This document shows, piece after piece, positions 1 through 8,876 of a stretch of DNA of 64,000 nucleotides. Within the stretch, counting starts at the first letter, position 1, and each line of letters begins with the position of its first letter. The notes below the pieces were generated by a model. It saw only the letters and a program-made list of their open reading frames with translations. It did no database searches and was not told where the DNA came from. This DNA is from a virus, in the IMG/VR virus record IMGVR_UViG_3300032116_000013, positions 32,001-96,000 of that record; one strand, given 5' to 3'. The position numbers and the translations under genes are program-made.

Positions 1-804
1 CTTGACTATCCATTCGAAGAAGATATGGAACAAATTGATGAGGTGTTCAACACAGTTTATCCACACACATATCACGGGACTTTACGCCCAGAAGACCCTA
101 AAAGCGAAAATGGACCTGAACACCTGTACACATTCCGAATCCCAGGAAAAGGAAATCTACAACATACTTATTCTGTCTCAATTAATCGCTTTCAAGGTAA
201 AAAGGGCAGTTTATCGTTCGGGTATCACGGAAAAAAACCTGCAGATTTTGTCCCAGTAGGTAAACATGGAGACAGAAAATATTTTGAAGCAGGGGAACAT
301 GAAATTACTGGCGAAGGTGGTGGAAAGGCTTCTTCAATCATCTCAACAGTTAAGTCTATTGCACAAAAACACGCGAAAAAACACGGTTTAAAAACAATGG
401 TATTTGCTGGCAGCAGCGATGAGCCATCGAGATCTAAACTCTACAATAGAATTGTAAATCGAATGGGCGGTAAAGAACACAGATCTGACGATGATGAGTT
501 TGATCCGTATAGAGAGTATTCGGTTCCTATGAAAGAAGAATCCGACCCAACAGATGGTAAAGGTATCGGCAAGCCATGGCGCGAAGGCGGCGGCGGTGCG
601 GTTTATGTCCGTACAGGCGATGGTGGCGTAAAGAAGGTTCGCTTCAGTCAATCTGGAATGGCTAAGAAATTTAATGATCCAGCCAGAGTTCGTTCTTTCG
701 TCGCTCGTCATCGCTGCTTGACCAACAAGGATAAGACCTCGGCTTCGTACTGGGCTTGCAGATGGCCAAGATTCTTTAGCAACTCTGGGAAGACTTGGTG
801 GTAA
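1..804 (+). CDS. 5'-truncated virion-associated protein, probable head polyprotein
   Basis: Frame is open from base 1 (LDYPFEEDMEQIDE), so the gene starts upstream. Contains EQIDE motif and ends in a W/C-rich module (SFVARHRC...SYWACRW). Confidence 0.75.
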   Translation, partial: LDYPFEEDMEQIDEVFNTVYPHTYHGTLRPEDPKSENGPEHLYTFRIPGKGNLQHTYSVSINRFQGKKGSLSFGYHGKKPADFVPVGKHGDRKYFEAGEHEITGEGGGKASSIISTVKSIAQKHAKKHGLKTMVFAGSSDEPSRSKLYNRIVNRMGGKEHRSDDDEFDPYREYSVPMKEESDPTDGKGIGKPWREGGGGAVYVRTGDGGVKKVRFSQSGMAKKFNDPARVRSFVARHRCLTNKDKTSASYWACRWPRFFSNSGKTWW

Positions 805-1073
805 TGGTGTCAGCATATACCGACGAAAAACTAAATAATAAAACGTTCTTCAGAACATTCTCGAAGGACGTTTTGAACGAAGAATTAGTATGGCATCGCG
901 ATAAAAATAATAGAATTGTGACTGTTTTGGAAGGAGAAGGCTGGGAAATTCAGTTCGAAGATGACCTTCCAGAGCCTTTGATAGTTGGGAAAGAGTATGT
1001 GATTCCGTCATATACCTTCCATAGAATAAAGCGCGGAACAACGGATTTAAAACTACAGATTAGCGAGTATTAA
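804..1073 (+). CDS. hypothetical protein, possible cupin-like
   Basis: ATG overlaps previous stop; WHRD...VLEG...HRIKRG pattern. Confidence 0.7.
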   Translation: MVSAYTDEKLNNKTFFRTFSKDVLNEELVWHRDKNNRIVTVLEGEGWEIQFEDDLPEPLIVGKEYVIPSYTFHRIKRGTTDLKLQISEY

Positions 1074-1074
1074 C

Positions 1075-3108
1075 ATGGCAGATCCAACAAAAGCATGGGA
1101 TAAAGCATTTACTTCTGGTTCAAAAGTAATGCAAGACAGACTAAAGAAAGTTCATGCTAAGAATCCAGCATTTCAATCATGGCTCAAGTCAAGCGGTCAT
1201 GGGGCTGGAGAAAGCGTCAAGCAAGCATCCAAAGAAGTCAAGCCAACTGTAAGAGCAAAGCAACTTGCAGCAGCAAGCGCAACTGCCTATGGTGCTACGA
1301 AGGGTCTTGCCGTTGGCGGAGAACATGGTGGTGCTGGAGTTTCTCAGAAAGCCGACAAGGGCAGAGTTTGGTCGCCAGATGAAGTTGCTGCATTGAACAA
1401 ACAACGCGGAACTGAGCCAGTTCAACTCACTCCTGCACAAATGAGAATGGCAGCAATCAAGGCTGCTGCTGAGAAGTCGGTTGCCAAAAAAGCAAAAAGT
1501 TTTGATGTTCCAACTCTACAGCGTCAACACGATGACTTGCGCGATGTCCATGACAGCCTACATTCCAAGGTGACCAGATCATCGATGGATGAAGAAGTCG
1601 AACTCGATGAAATGGATAAATCTCAACCATCTTCAAGTCGTGGTGCTGAAGGATTAGCATTAGGAAAAAAAGCGAATCCAGTTAAACGCGATAAAGTTAA
1701 ATCAGGTGCATTGAAAATATTGCAAAAACAATATAAAAAAGTAAAAGAAGAAGTCGAACAGATTGATGAATTAAAAAAGAAAACTCTGCAATCATACAAG
1801 TCAAAGGCTCAGAATGAAATTGAGTCTATGGCAAAAGATTTGAGAGGTAAAGAATATCAAACAGTAAACCCGCAAAAGATAAAAAACAGAGCATCGGGTA
1901 TAAAACTCGCGACAGCAAAACTTAAAAAAGAAGAAGTAGAACTCGAAGAAGGCAAAATTGCAAAGGCACTCGCAGTTGGTGCAATGTCATTGGCTTCAAT
2001 GGGAGCAAAAGCACACACTGATACAACAAAGTCAGTTGCTCAACTTGCCGCTGAACGTCCAGCATTGGCTCAGCGTCTACAGGACATTGGTGCAACGGGT
2101 CAAGTTCCAGCATCCGATGTTCGTGCTGCAGAGTTGCAAAGAAAACAAGATCAAGAAATGCCAGCATCAGAACGTCGTGCGAAAGAGTTGAAGAAAGAAG
2201 AAGTCGAGCAGATTGACGAAGCCAACATGCGCTTCGATTATGAAGCAGCCGCTCGCCCAAAATCATCTGATGTAAAAAACTTCTTAAATCGCAATAAAAA
2301 TCGTCGCGCGGCTGCTGCTACAAAAAAATATATTCGCCGCATGACAAAACTTGGCGGTCTTGGTCCAAATCAAACCAAGAAAGACACCGAAGCGCACATG
2401 AAGGCTTATTTTGAAGAAGTCGAGCAGATTGATGAAGTTACTAAACAGGAAGCCGAGGCAGCGCTCGGTGGTCCAGTCAAGGAGAAGCCAACTATGCCAC
2501 CAGGAAAACAACCAGCGGGTCATCGCTATGTCCGTAATCTTGCTAGAAGAGCAATGAAGGCTGGACTCAAAAAAGAAGAAGCCGAGCAGGTTGATGAACG
2601 TAATTTAGAAAATAAAAAGAAAAAAGACAATTGGGTTCGTGCTAAGGGCGTCGAAGCAGCAATCAAAGGCAAGGTGCCATTCGACAGAGGACATTCACCA
2701 TTGCGCTCTGGTCGCGAAGTTTTAGCCAGGGAAGATATAATGAACGAAGAACCAAAAGACGCTGCAGATGCAGGCGAGTATGACTACGAAGGTGATATGG
2801 CAAAGTCTCAACTTCGCAGCATTATGCATAACGCCAAGCGCATGCATGATATGCTAGAAGATAATACCAACCTTCCAGAATGGGTGCAGAGCAAGATTAC
2901 TCTAGCCGAAGATTACATCTCGACTACTGCAAATTATATGCAAGGCGAGATGAATGAAGAGTCTGAAATCTCAGAAGAAGGTAAAATTGCTGTGACACCT
3001 AGCGAAAAATCTCTCGCTAAATATCATGGCAACCCTAACAAAATTACTTATGGCGACGTGATTAAAGCCCGTATCAGATCTGCCGCTAAAAAAGCAATAG
3101 AAGGTTAA
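1075..3108 (+). CDS. large Lys/Glu-rich protein, probable internal head polyprotein
   Basis: 677 aa with recurring EEVELDE/EEVEQIDE/EEVELEE/EEAEQVDE motifs resembling T4 gp21 (I/L/V)xE cleavage sites. Confidence 0.75.
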   Translation: MADPTKAWDKAFTSGSKVMQDRLKKVHAKNPAFQSWLKSSGHGAGESVKQASKEVKPTVRAKQLAAASATAYGATKGLAVGGEHGGAGVSQKADKGRVWSPDEVAALNKQRGTEPVQLTPAQMRMAAIKAAAEKSVAKKAKSFDVPTLQRQHDDLRDVHDSLHSKVTRSSMDEEVELDEMDKSQPSSSRGAEGLALGKKANPVKRDKVKSGALKILQKQYKKVKEEVEQIDELKKKTLQSYKSKAQNEIESMAKDLRGKEYQTVNPQKIKNRASGIKLATAKLKKEEVELEEGKIAKALAVGAMSLASMGAKAHTDTTKSVAQLAAERPALAQRLQDIGATGQVPASDVRAAELQRKQDQEMPASERRAKELKKEEVEQIDEANMRFDYEAAARPKSSDVKNFLNRNKNRRAAAATKKYIRRMTKLGGLGPNQTKKDTEAHMKAYFEEVEQIDEVTKQEAEAALGGPVKEKPTMPPGKQPAGHRYVRNLARRAMKAGLKKEEAEQVDERNLENKKKKDNWVRAKGVEAAIKGKVPFDRGHSPLRSGREVLAREDIMNEEPKDAADAGEYDYEGDMAKSQLRSIMHNAKRMHDMLEDNTNLPEWVQSKITLAEDYISTTANYMQGEMNEESEISEEGKIAVTPSEKSLAKYHGNPNKITYGDVIKARIRSAAKKAIEG

Positions 3109-3112
3109 TAAA

Positions 3113-3940
3113 ATGAAGTATCAAGTACAAATCAAATATACAAACCCTGCTCATGAGCACGTTTCATTACGTCGTCGTGTTGATACAGTTACTCGTCTAG
3201 TAGAGGCTAAAAGCGAACAAGAAGCCTTGAATCGTGCTGCAAATCAGCAACGCGCTCTTGGCTTTATGATCAAAGAAGCCTCAGTTGTCAAGTCTAAGGT
3301 GATCAAAGAAGAAGCCGAGCAGATTGATGCAGCAAGTAACAAATACGAAGTCACAAAAACAAAGAGCCGCAAAATGCCAATGGAATTTGATTCAGAGGCA
3401 AAGATGCACCATTACGATGTGCATCATAATGATAAACGTGTTGGAACTTTAACGCATGACACCTATTTTGGTGGAACGAACGGAAAACTGCACGGAAAAG
3501 ATTTGCCTAATATTAGAAATTATGGTGATAATCCCCATAATCAACTGCATAATTTTTTGAAATCTAAAACTGGGCAAAAGTGGGCAGCCAATCTTCACAA
3601 ATATCAAAAAGAAGAAGTCGAGCAGGTAACTGAAGCCGAACGCGAAGCAGGATACAAGATGTCACCTGCAGTTCGTAAGGCTCAGGCTGAATCTGACAAA
3701 CTTTCAAAAGTCGAAAAGCCAGCACAGGCTGGAACTCTTGCTGCGCAACGCGCTATACAACGTGCAATGGAACGCGAAATGAAACGTATGGGCGAAGAAA
3801 CCGTTAATACTAAAATAACAAAAGCAGTCAATCGAGTGGTAGAAGCAGCAAAAAATGCTCGTGGCAATAAACAACTAAACCCTAACAAGCCTGCAACTAA
3901 AATTAACACCAAACCTGAAATGGATGCAAACATAAAATGA
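3113..3940 (+). CDS. probable internal head protein
   Basis: EEAEQID and EEVEQVTE motifs as in the upstream gene. Confidence 0.7.
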   Translation: MKYQVQIKYTNPAHEHVSLRRRVDTVTRLVEAKSEQEALNRAANQQRALGFMIKEASVVKSKVIKEEAEQIDAASNKYEVTKTKSRKMPMEFDSEAKMHHYDVHHNDKRVGTLTHDTYFGGTNGKLHGKDLPNIRNYGDNPHNQLHNFLKSKTGQKWAANLHKYQKEEVEQVTEAEREAGYKMSPAVRKAQAESDKLSKVEKPAQAGTLAAQRAIQRAMEREMKRMGEETVNTKITKAVNRVVEAAKNARGNKQLNPNKPATKINTKPEMDANIK

Positions 3941-4392
3941 AAACATTTTTAGATTTTTTAAAAGAAGAGTCTATTGACGTTCCATTCAAGTTGAGCGATC
4001 AGAACGTTGATACTCTGAATTCTGAATTAGAAGTATTAACTGATAAACCATATCAGAATGCACCAATATTCTTAGCGCAACTCAGAGGCACATTTGAGCG
4101 TTATGGGGTATTGCTTCCAGCAACGATGACGGATCAATTCCTAAATCTAGATGCTGAGATAACCTATGCTCTTCCTCAAAACCCTGGTTTCTACATCTAT
4201 ATCGTGTACAATACTAATGATAGTGGATATGTTGATGGTTATGCTCAGGTTGTCAGTCAGGATGAATTGGCTGATCTAAAGAACATGAGCACAGAGGATT
4301 TATTGGGTGATGAAGATGAAGCACCAATGAAGCCAAGATATCTACCAGCAAGAAGAGACGACGATAGCGGAAATAGTAACGAATACGTCTAA
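3937..4392 (+). CDS. hypothetical protein with capsid-targeting-like N-terminus
   Basis: Starts MKTFLDFLKEE, similar to T4 IPIII signal MKTYQEFIAE. Confidence 0.7.
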   Translation: MKTFLDFLKEESIDVPFKLSDQNVDTLNSELEVLTDKPYQNAPIFLAQLRGTFERYGVLLPATMTDQFLNLDAEITYALPQNPGFYIYIVYNTNDSGYVDGYAQVVSQDELADLKNMSTEDLLGDEDEAPMKPRYLPARRDDDSGNSNEYV

Positions 4393-4395
4393 TTT

Positions 4396-4782
4396 ATGTT
4401 TGAAAATTTGACTGAACAAAATATAGCAATGTATGCAGTGAAGTGTTATGATAAACCTAACTGCGTAGAAAGCGAATTCGATGAAGATTATAAAAGAATT
4501 CGATATATAAAAAGGCTACTCTATAGATATAGAGTGACTGGTGACATAAAAGAACGATTGTTATTAAACCATTTGGTTGTGACACAGAATGTATTTGGTA
4601 TTGAAGCAAGTACAAGAATGTTATTCTTTCGCATAGATCCTAAAGACTATAGCGCATTGAAAACCTTTCTAGTCTACACTTCTGCTATGCCAAATATTGT
4701 AAAGGGTATTAGAGGGCAGAACATTATCTCAAGTGATATTAGTTTAGATAATAAACTTGTAGATATATTGAGAAAACTTTAG
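4396..4782 (+). CDS. conserved T4-like phage hypothetical protein
   Basis: YIKRLLYRY...ERLLLNH...NVFG pattern recalled from T4-like genomes. Confidence 0.7.
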   Translation: MFENLTEQNIAMYAVKCYDKPNCVESEFDEDYKRIRYIKRLLYRYRVTGDIKERLLLNHLVVTQNVFGIEASTRMLFFRIDPKDYSALKTFLVYTSAMPNIVKGIRGQNIISSDISLDNKLVDILRKL

Positions 4783-4808
4783 AATCATTCATTATGCCAG
4801 ACATAGTT

Positions 4809-4837
4809 ATTGTATCATAAAGTCAATTAAAAGTCAA
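4809..4837 (-). promoter_or_regulatory. sigma70-type promoter, antisense to late genes
   Basis: Reverse complement reads TTGACT-17 nt-TACAAT. Confidence 0.5.
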
Positions 4838-4854
4838 ACTCTTGGAGTTTTTAA

Positions 4855-5910
4855 ATGTTTAAGTTTAAGCAATATATTGAAGAAGCCTACTCGAATATTC
4901 TTGTAGAAGCAGTATCCAATGACGACAAGGGTAAATTATTTGAACTCTTGCATGCCAGACATATGCACCCAGAGAAAACATTTCCAACTCATTATCGTGA
5001 TGAGATCTCTGGTAAGTCTCCAGAAGAAACTCATAACGCTATTAAAGCAAGAATTACACCAGCAGAATATAAAACAATTGATTCTCATGCTAAGTCTTCT
5101 GCTGAACATATGACTGCGCATTTAACCGAACAAGGTCACAATCCTAAGCATATTACTCATGTTGCTTGGACTAGCAATGGCGCTAAAGACGTTGCCAAAT
5201 TTACAGGTAAAGACGATCCAAATAACGATTCAGACGTTATGTATAGATTTAAGCATCCAAAAACTGGTGCTACAAAACATGTTGGCGTTGGATTAAAATA
5301 TGGTTCTCAAAAAGAGCCAAATATTCGCAATCCAGGTTTAGAAAGCCTCCAGTCCATGACTGGAGCCAAGACTTTATTAAGTAGATTTGCAAGCCATAAA
5401 AAGAAACTTTCTGCTTTAGGCTATACTGGTAGTGGAGAAAAGAATCACGAGCAATGGAAAAAAGAGAAAACATCAACTCGCGGTAAAGCAGCAAATGAAA
5501 GTAAACTTCAAACAACTCGAGCAATGGCTAAAGATATGCACAAAGCACTTTCTCAAAAATCTTCTGATGAATTGAAAGACTATGTTCGTGGAGTCGTAGC
5601 AGCAAAAACTAAAAGTCCAGTTTATAGAATGCATGCTCGCACTTCTCACAATGAGGCAGGATCAAGTGTGACGCATCATATCGATGAGCCATCAAAAGAT
5701 ATTGATACTCATTTGTCTCAATTTTCAGAATTAAAAATGGATAAACAAGGTAGCGGAATATCTGTTACTATTAAAGGCGTACACAAAGAAACTGGAAAAA
5801 CAGTAAATGTTTTGACGCATGCTGTTAAAGGTATAAGTGGACCAATGAAAGGTCTTGCTGCAACAACTAAACTCCCAGGATATCGTTCTGGAAATAAAAA
5901 GAAAAAGTAA
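4855..5910 (+). CDS. putative PD-(D/E)xK nuclease-like protein with capsid-targeting-like N-terminus
   Basis: MFKFKQYIEE start; KLFE...DSDV...VGLK motif. Confidence 0.55.
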   Translation: MFKFKQYIEEAYSNILVEAVSNDDKGKLFELLHARHMHPEKTFPTHYRDEISGKSPEETHNAIKARITPAEYKTIDSHAKSSAEHMTAHLTEQGHNPKHITHVAWTSNGAKDVAKFTGKDDPNNDSDVMYRFKHPKTGATKHVGVGLKYGSQKEPNIRNPGLESLQSMTGAKTLLSRFASHKKKLSALGYTGSGEKNHEQWKKEKTSTRGKAANESKLQTTRAMAKDMHKALSQKSSDELKDYVRGVVAAKTKSPVYRMHARTSHNEAGSSVTHHIDEPSKDIDTHLSQFSELKMDKQGSGISVTIKGVHKETGKTVNVLTHAVKGISGPMKGLAATTKLPGYRSGNKKKK

Positions 5911-6275
5911 TGAAAACATTCAAAGAATTTCTGAGCGAAGAAGCGCCAGCAAATTCAGTTGGCGCTGGAATGCAAGGATTGGGTTCTGCTCAAGGACAAC
6001 CGATTGCGGGATATGACACAATCCTCGCAAAGAAAATATTGCGTAGAAAGCCTCATGATGTTTTTGGTGGAAAGCCAGTATTCAAAGTGAATTCTGAAGC
6101 CTTTAACAAGGCATTGCACGGAAAGAAACACAGAAAGCATTACTCCAGTTATGTTGGTAGGGATGAAGTTGGACAGGAGATCAAAGAGTATGCTCGACAA
6201 AATCCAAATTCTCCAATAATTGTCCAAGATGAAATAACTGGAGCGATGTATTACTTAAAACACGGAAAGAGGTAA
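5910..6275 (+). CDS. hypothetical protein with capsid-targeting-like N-terminus
   Basis: Starts MKTFKEFLSEE. Confidence 0.7.
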   Translation: MKTFKEFLSEEAPANSVGAGMQGLGSAQGQPIAGYDTILAKKILRRKPHDVFGGKPVFKVNSEAFNKALHGKKHRKHYSSYVGRDEVGQEIKEYARQNPNSPIIVQDEITGAMYYLKHGKR

Positions 6276-6278
6276 ACA

Positions 6279-6530
6279 ATGAAAGCAGTATCACTAATTC
6301 TTGCTGCTTTGTTATTGGTAGGTTGTGAAGGTGGTTATAGATATCCTTGTCAGGATCCAGAAAATAAGGACAAAGAAGAATGCAATCGTCCTGCTTGCGA
6401 GGCTGATGGATATTGCTACGATACATTGAATGGATTGCCACCAGAGCAATCAGAAACACAGGTTGAACAAGTTGAAGAAACACCAGCAGCACCTGCTGCA
6501 GATTGTAATTGCGAACAGAAAGGAGAATGA
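6279..6530 (+). CDS. Cys-rich lipoprotein
   Basis: Lipobox LLVG-C; PCQDP...C..PAC...C. Confidence 0.75.
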   Translation: MKAVSLILAALLLVGCEGGYRYPCQDPENKDKEECNRPACEADGYCYDTLNGLPPEQSETQVEQVEETPAAPAADCNCEQKGE

Positions 6531-6532
6531 TT

Positions 6533-6865
6533 ATGTTTAAGGGTCCACGTTATACTGAAACTGAATTGATGGCTCGATTGAAGTTTACTGTCGGTCTATC
6601 ACTCGCATTCACGCTCACTGGAATTGTTTTTGTTGTTCTGTACTCACTTATCTTTGTGACACAGCCAATGACTCAGTCTCCAAATGATGCCAAGTTCTTT
6701 GAACTCATCACACCAATTGCTACGTTCCTAACTGGTATTCTATCAGGCATTATGCTTGGCAAGTCAGAAGATAAAAAGGAAGAGCCAAAGAAGGAAGAAC
6801 CAGAAGTTCTTGCTCCAGAGCCAATGAAAGACGTTGTTGATGAGGTCGATGATCATATCGCCTGA
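6533..6865 (+). CDS. two-TM membrane protein, possibly lysis-related
   Basis: Two hydrophobic segments, acidic tail, AGGAG RBS, directly upstream of the endolysin. Confidence 0.7.
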   Translation: MFKGPRYTETELMARLKFTVGLSLAFTLTGIVFVVLYSLIFVTQPMTQSPNDAKFFELITPIATFLTGILSGIMLGKSEDKKEEPKKEEPEVLAPEPMKDVVDEVDDHIA

Positions 6866-6874
6866 GGTTGAATC

Positions 6875-8026
6875 ATGAGTCTAGCAGCACTACAAAAGAA
6901 AATTGGAATTACAGCCGACGGTTCTTGGGGTCCAGGAACTTTCAAAGCAGCGATGGATTTTTACAAACTATCGCCTGTTCGCGCTGCACATTTCTTTGCT
7001 CAAACGGCTCATGAGACTGGCGGATTCAAAGCATTCGCTGAGAATCTGAATTATTCGGCAAAGGGTCTTCGTGGAATTTTTGGAAAATATTTTCCAACAG
7101 ATGCAATCGCAGCACAATATGAACGCAAACCAGAAAAAATTGCTAATCGAGTTTATGCATCGCGCATGGGCAACGGTCCTGAAGCGAGTGGCGATGGTTG
7201 GAGATATCGTGGTCGTGGTGCGCTTCAACTAACTGGCAAGGATAACTATAAAGCCTTCGCTGATTATTGCAAGCGTCCAGACGTCATGAGCAATCCAGAC
7301 ATCGTTGCAACTGAATTGGCTTTCGAGTCAGCAATGTTTTTCTTCGAGCGCAATAAACTTTGGGCAATCTGCGATCAAGGAGTAACCGATGCTGCGATTT
7401 TATCCCTTACTAAGAAAATTAATGGTGGCACACACGGCTTACAAGATCGCTCGGATAAGACGAAGAAATACATTGGCTGGGCAACATCAGCAACACCAGC
7501 GCCAGTAGCGAACGTCGTTGCAAGACCAGTCGCCGAGGCACTCACCGTAACGCCAGATATGCAGTTATCTACACATTTCAAATTGAATGAGTTTACGAAG
7601 TCCGAAACTGCAATTCGTAAGCGCATAGATAACACTCCTGGACCTGCCCATGCTGCAAATCTTAAAAAAGTCTGCGAAAAAATACTTGAACCTGTTCGCG
7701 CGCATTATAATAAGCCTGTCCGTATTAATAGTGGCTACCGTGGTGCTGCCCTTAATGCTGCTGTTGGTGGTTCTAGTAAGTCTCAACATTGTAATGGGGA
7801 GGCAGTGGACTTCGAAATCGACGGACTCCCAAATCCAGACCTTGCAAAGTGGGTCAGCGAAAATTGTGACTTTGATCAAATCATCCTAGAGTTCTATGAT
7901 CCGAAAGAAGGACCAAATAGCGGATGGGTGCATGCTTCCTATTCTGAAGGAAAGAATCGCAAACAAATTTTGACAGCAGTGACAGTCAACGGAAAAACAG
8001 TCTATAAACCTGGCTTCGTAGTGTGA
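6875..8026 (+). CDS. modular endolysin: GH19 glycosidase plus M15-family peptidase
   Basis: HFFAQTAHETGGF and YRGRGALQLTG (GH19); INSGYR, SQH, AVD, WVHASY (M15); short N-terminal ADG.WG..T PG-binding-like segment. Confidence 0.9.
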   Translation: MSLAALQKKIGITADGSWGPGTFKAAMDFYKLSPVRAAHFFAQTAHETGGFKAFAENLNYSAKGLRGIFGKYFPTDAIAAQYERKPEKIANRVYASRMGNGPEASGDGWRYRGRGALQLTGKDNYKAFADYCKRPDVMSNPDIVATELAFESAMFFFERNKLWAICDQGVTDAAILSLTKKINGGTHGLQDRSDKTKKYIGWATSATPAPVANVVARPVAEALTVTPDMQLSTHFKLNEFTKSETAIRKRIDNTPGPAHAANLKKVCEKILEPVRAHYNKPVRINSGYRGAALNAAVGGSSKSQHCNGEAVDFEIDGLPNPDLAKWVSENCDFDQIILEFYDPKEGPNSGWVHASYSEGKNRKQILTAVTVNGKTVYKPGFVV

Positions 8027-8030
8027 TATT

Positions 8031-8876
8031 ATGAAAACATTGGAGGAGAAAAAACTCCTAGTGAAAATGGCAAGAGCATTCGGTCAGCCAGTTGACCCTG
8101 CGCTCGTCGAGTCCATTCGTCGCGAAGAAGAACTCACAAAATTATTATTTAAAGAAGAAAAGAAGATAGTTGCCTACGAAGAAGGGACAACTTTTTTAAA
8201 TCGCAAACCTATTTTTGAAGAACCTCAAGTTTTAACAGAGATCGCTCCACTTGACGAACTTCCGCCGCAGCCAGCTAAACCAGCCGAAACTAATTTACAA
8301 CCTCCAAAAGAAGAATTGGTGCAGCAAGTCGTTAATGTTCTTGGTCCAAAAGCAAATACTGCCAATAACTTCTATAGAGACAAAGAGATCGAAGGCATTC
8401 GTAAAACTCTTGCTGAGATGATGCAGAAGATTTCCACTCTTTCTTGGGGTGGCGGTGGTACTGGTATTGTTCGCATTTATGATGCTGACGATTTTGCAAG
8501 ATCGACAATACAAGACCCAAAACAATTTGTAACGTGGCGTAATGGTTACTTTCAATTAGATTATATCAATCCAAATGAAATTGTAGCAAATACAGTTTAT
8601 CTAACTTCAAATACTTACCAGATAACAAACGATGATTATTATATTGGCGTCAACGTTGCATCAAACGTAGTTGTTACATTGCCACCATCTTCTGATATAT
8701 ACACTGGAAGAGAATTTTACGTCAAGGATGAATCTGGGACAGCGGGATATCCTTATCGCTATATCGACATTTATCCAACAGCGCCAGATAAAATAGATAA
8801 TAAGAGTTATGTTCGTTTAAATATTAACAACGGCGGATTGAAGTTTATTTACCGCGACGGCTGGAGAGTCATATAA
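8031..8876 (+). CDS. hypothetical, probable virion structural protein
   Basis: Long ORF with C-terminal beta-rich DYYIGV...TLP...VKDESG module. Confidence 0.65.
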   Translation: MKTLEEKKLLVKMARAFGQPVDPALVESIRREEELTKLLFKEEKKIVAYEEGTTFLNRKPIFEEPQVLTEIAPLDELPPQPAKPAETNLQPPKEELVQQVVNVLGPKANTANNFYRDKEIEGIRKTLAEMMQKISTLSWGGGGTGIVRIYDADDFARSTIQDPKQFVTWRNGYFQLDYINPNEIVANTVYLTSNTYQITNDDYYIGVNVASNVVVTLPPSSDIYTGREFYVKDESGTAGYPYRYIDIYPTAPDKIDNKSYVRLNINNGGLKFIYRDGWRVI

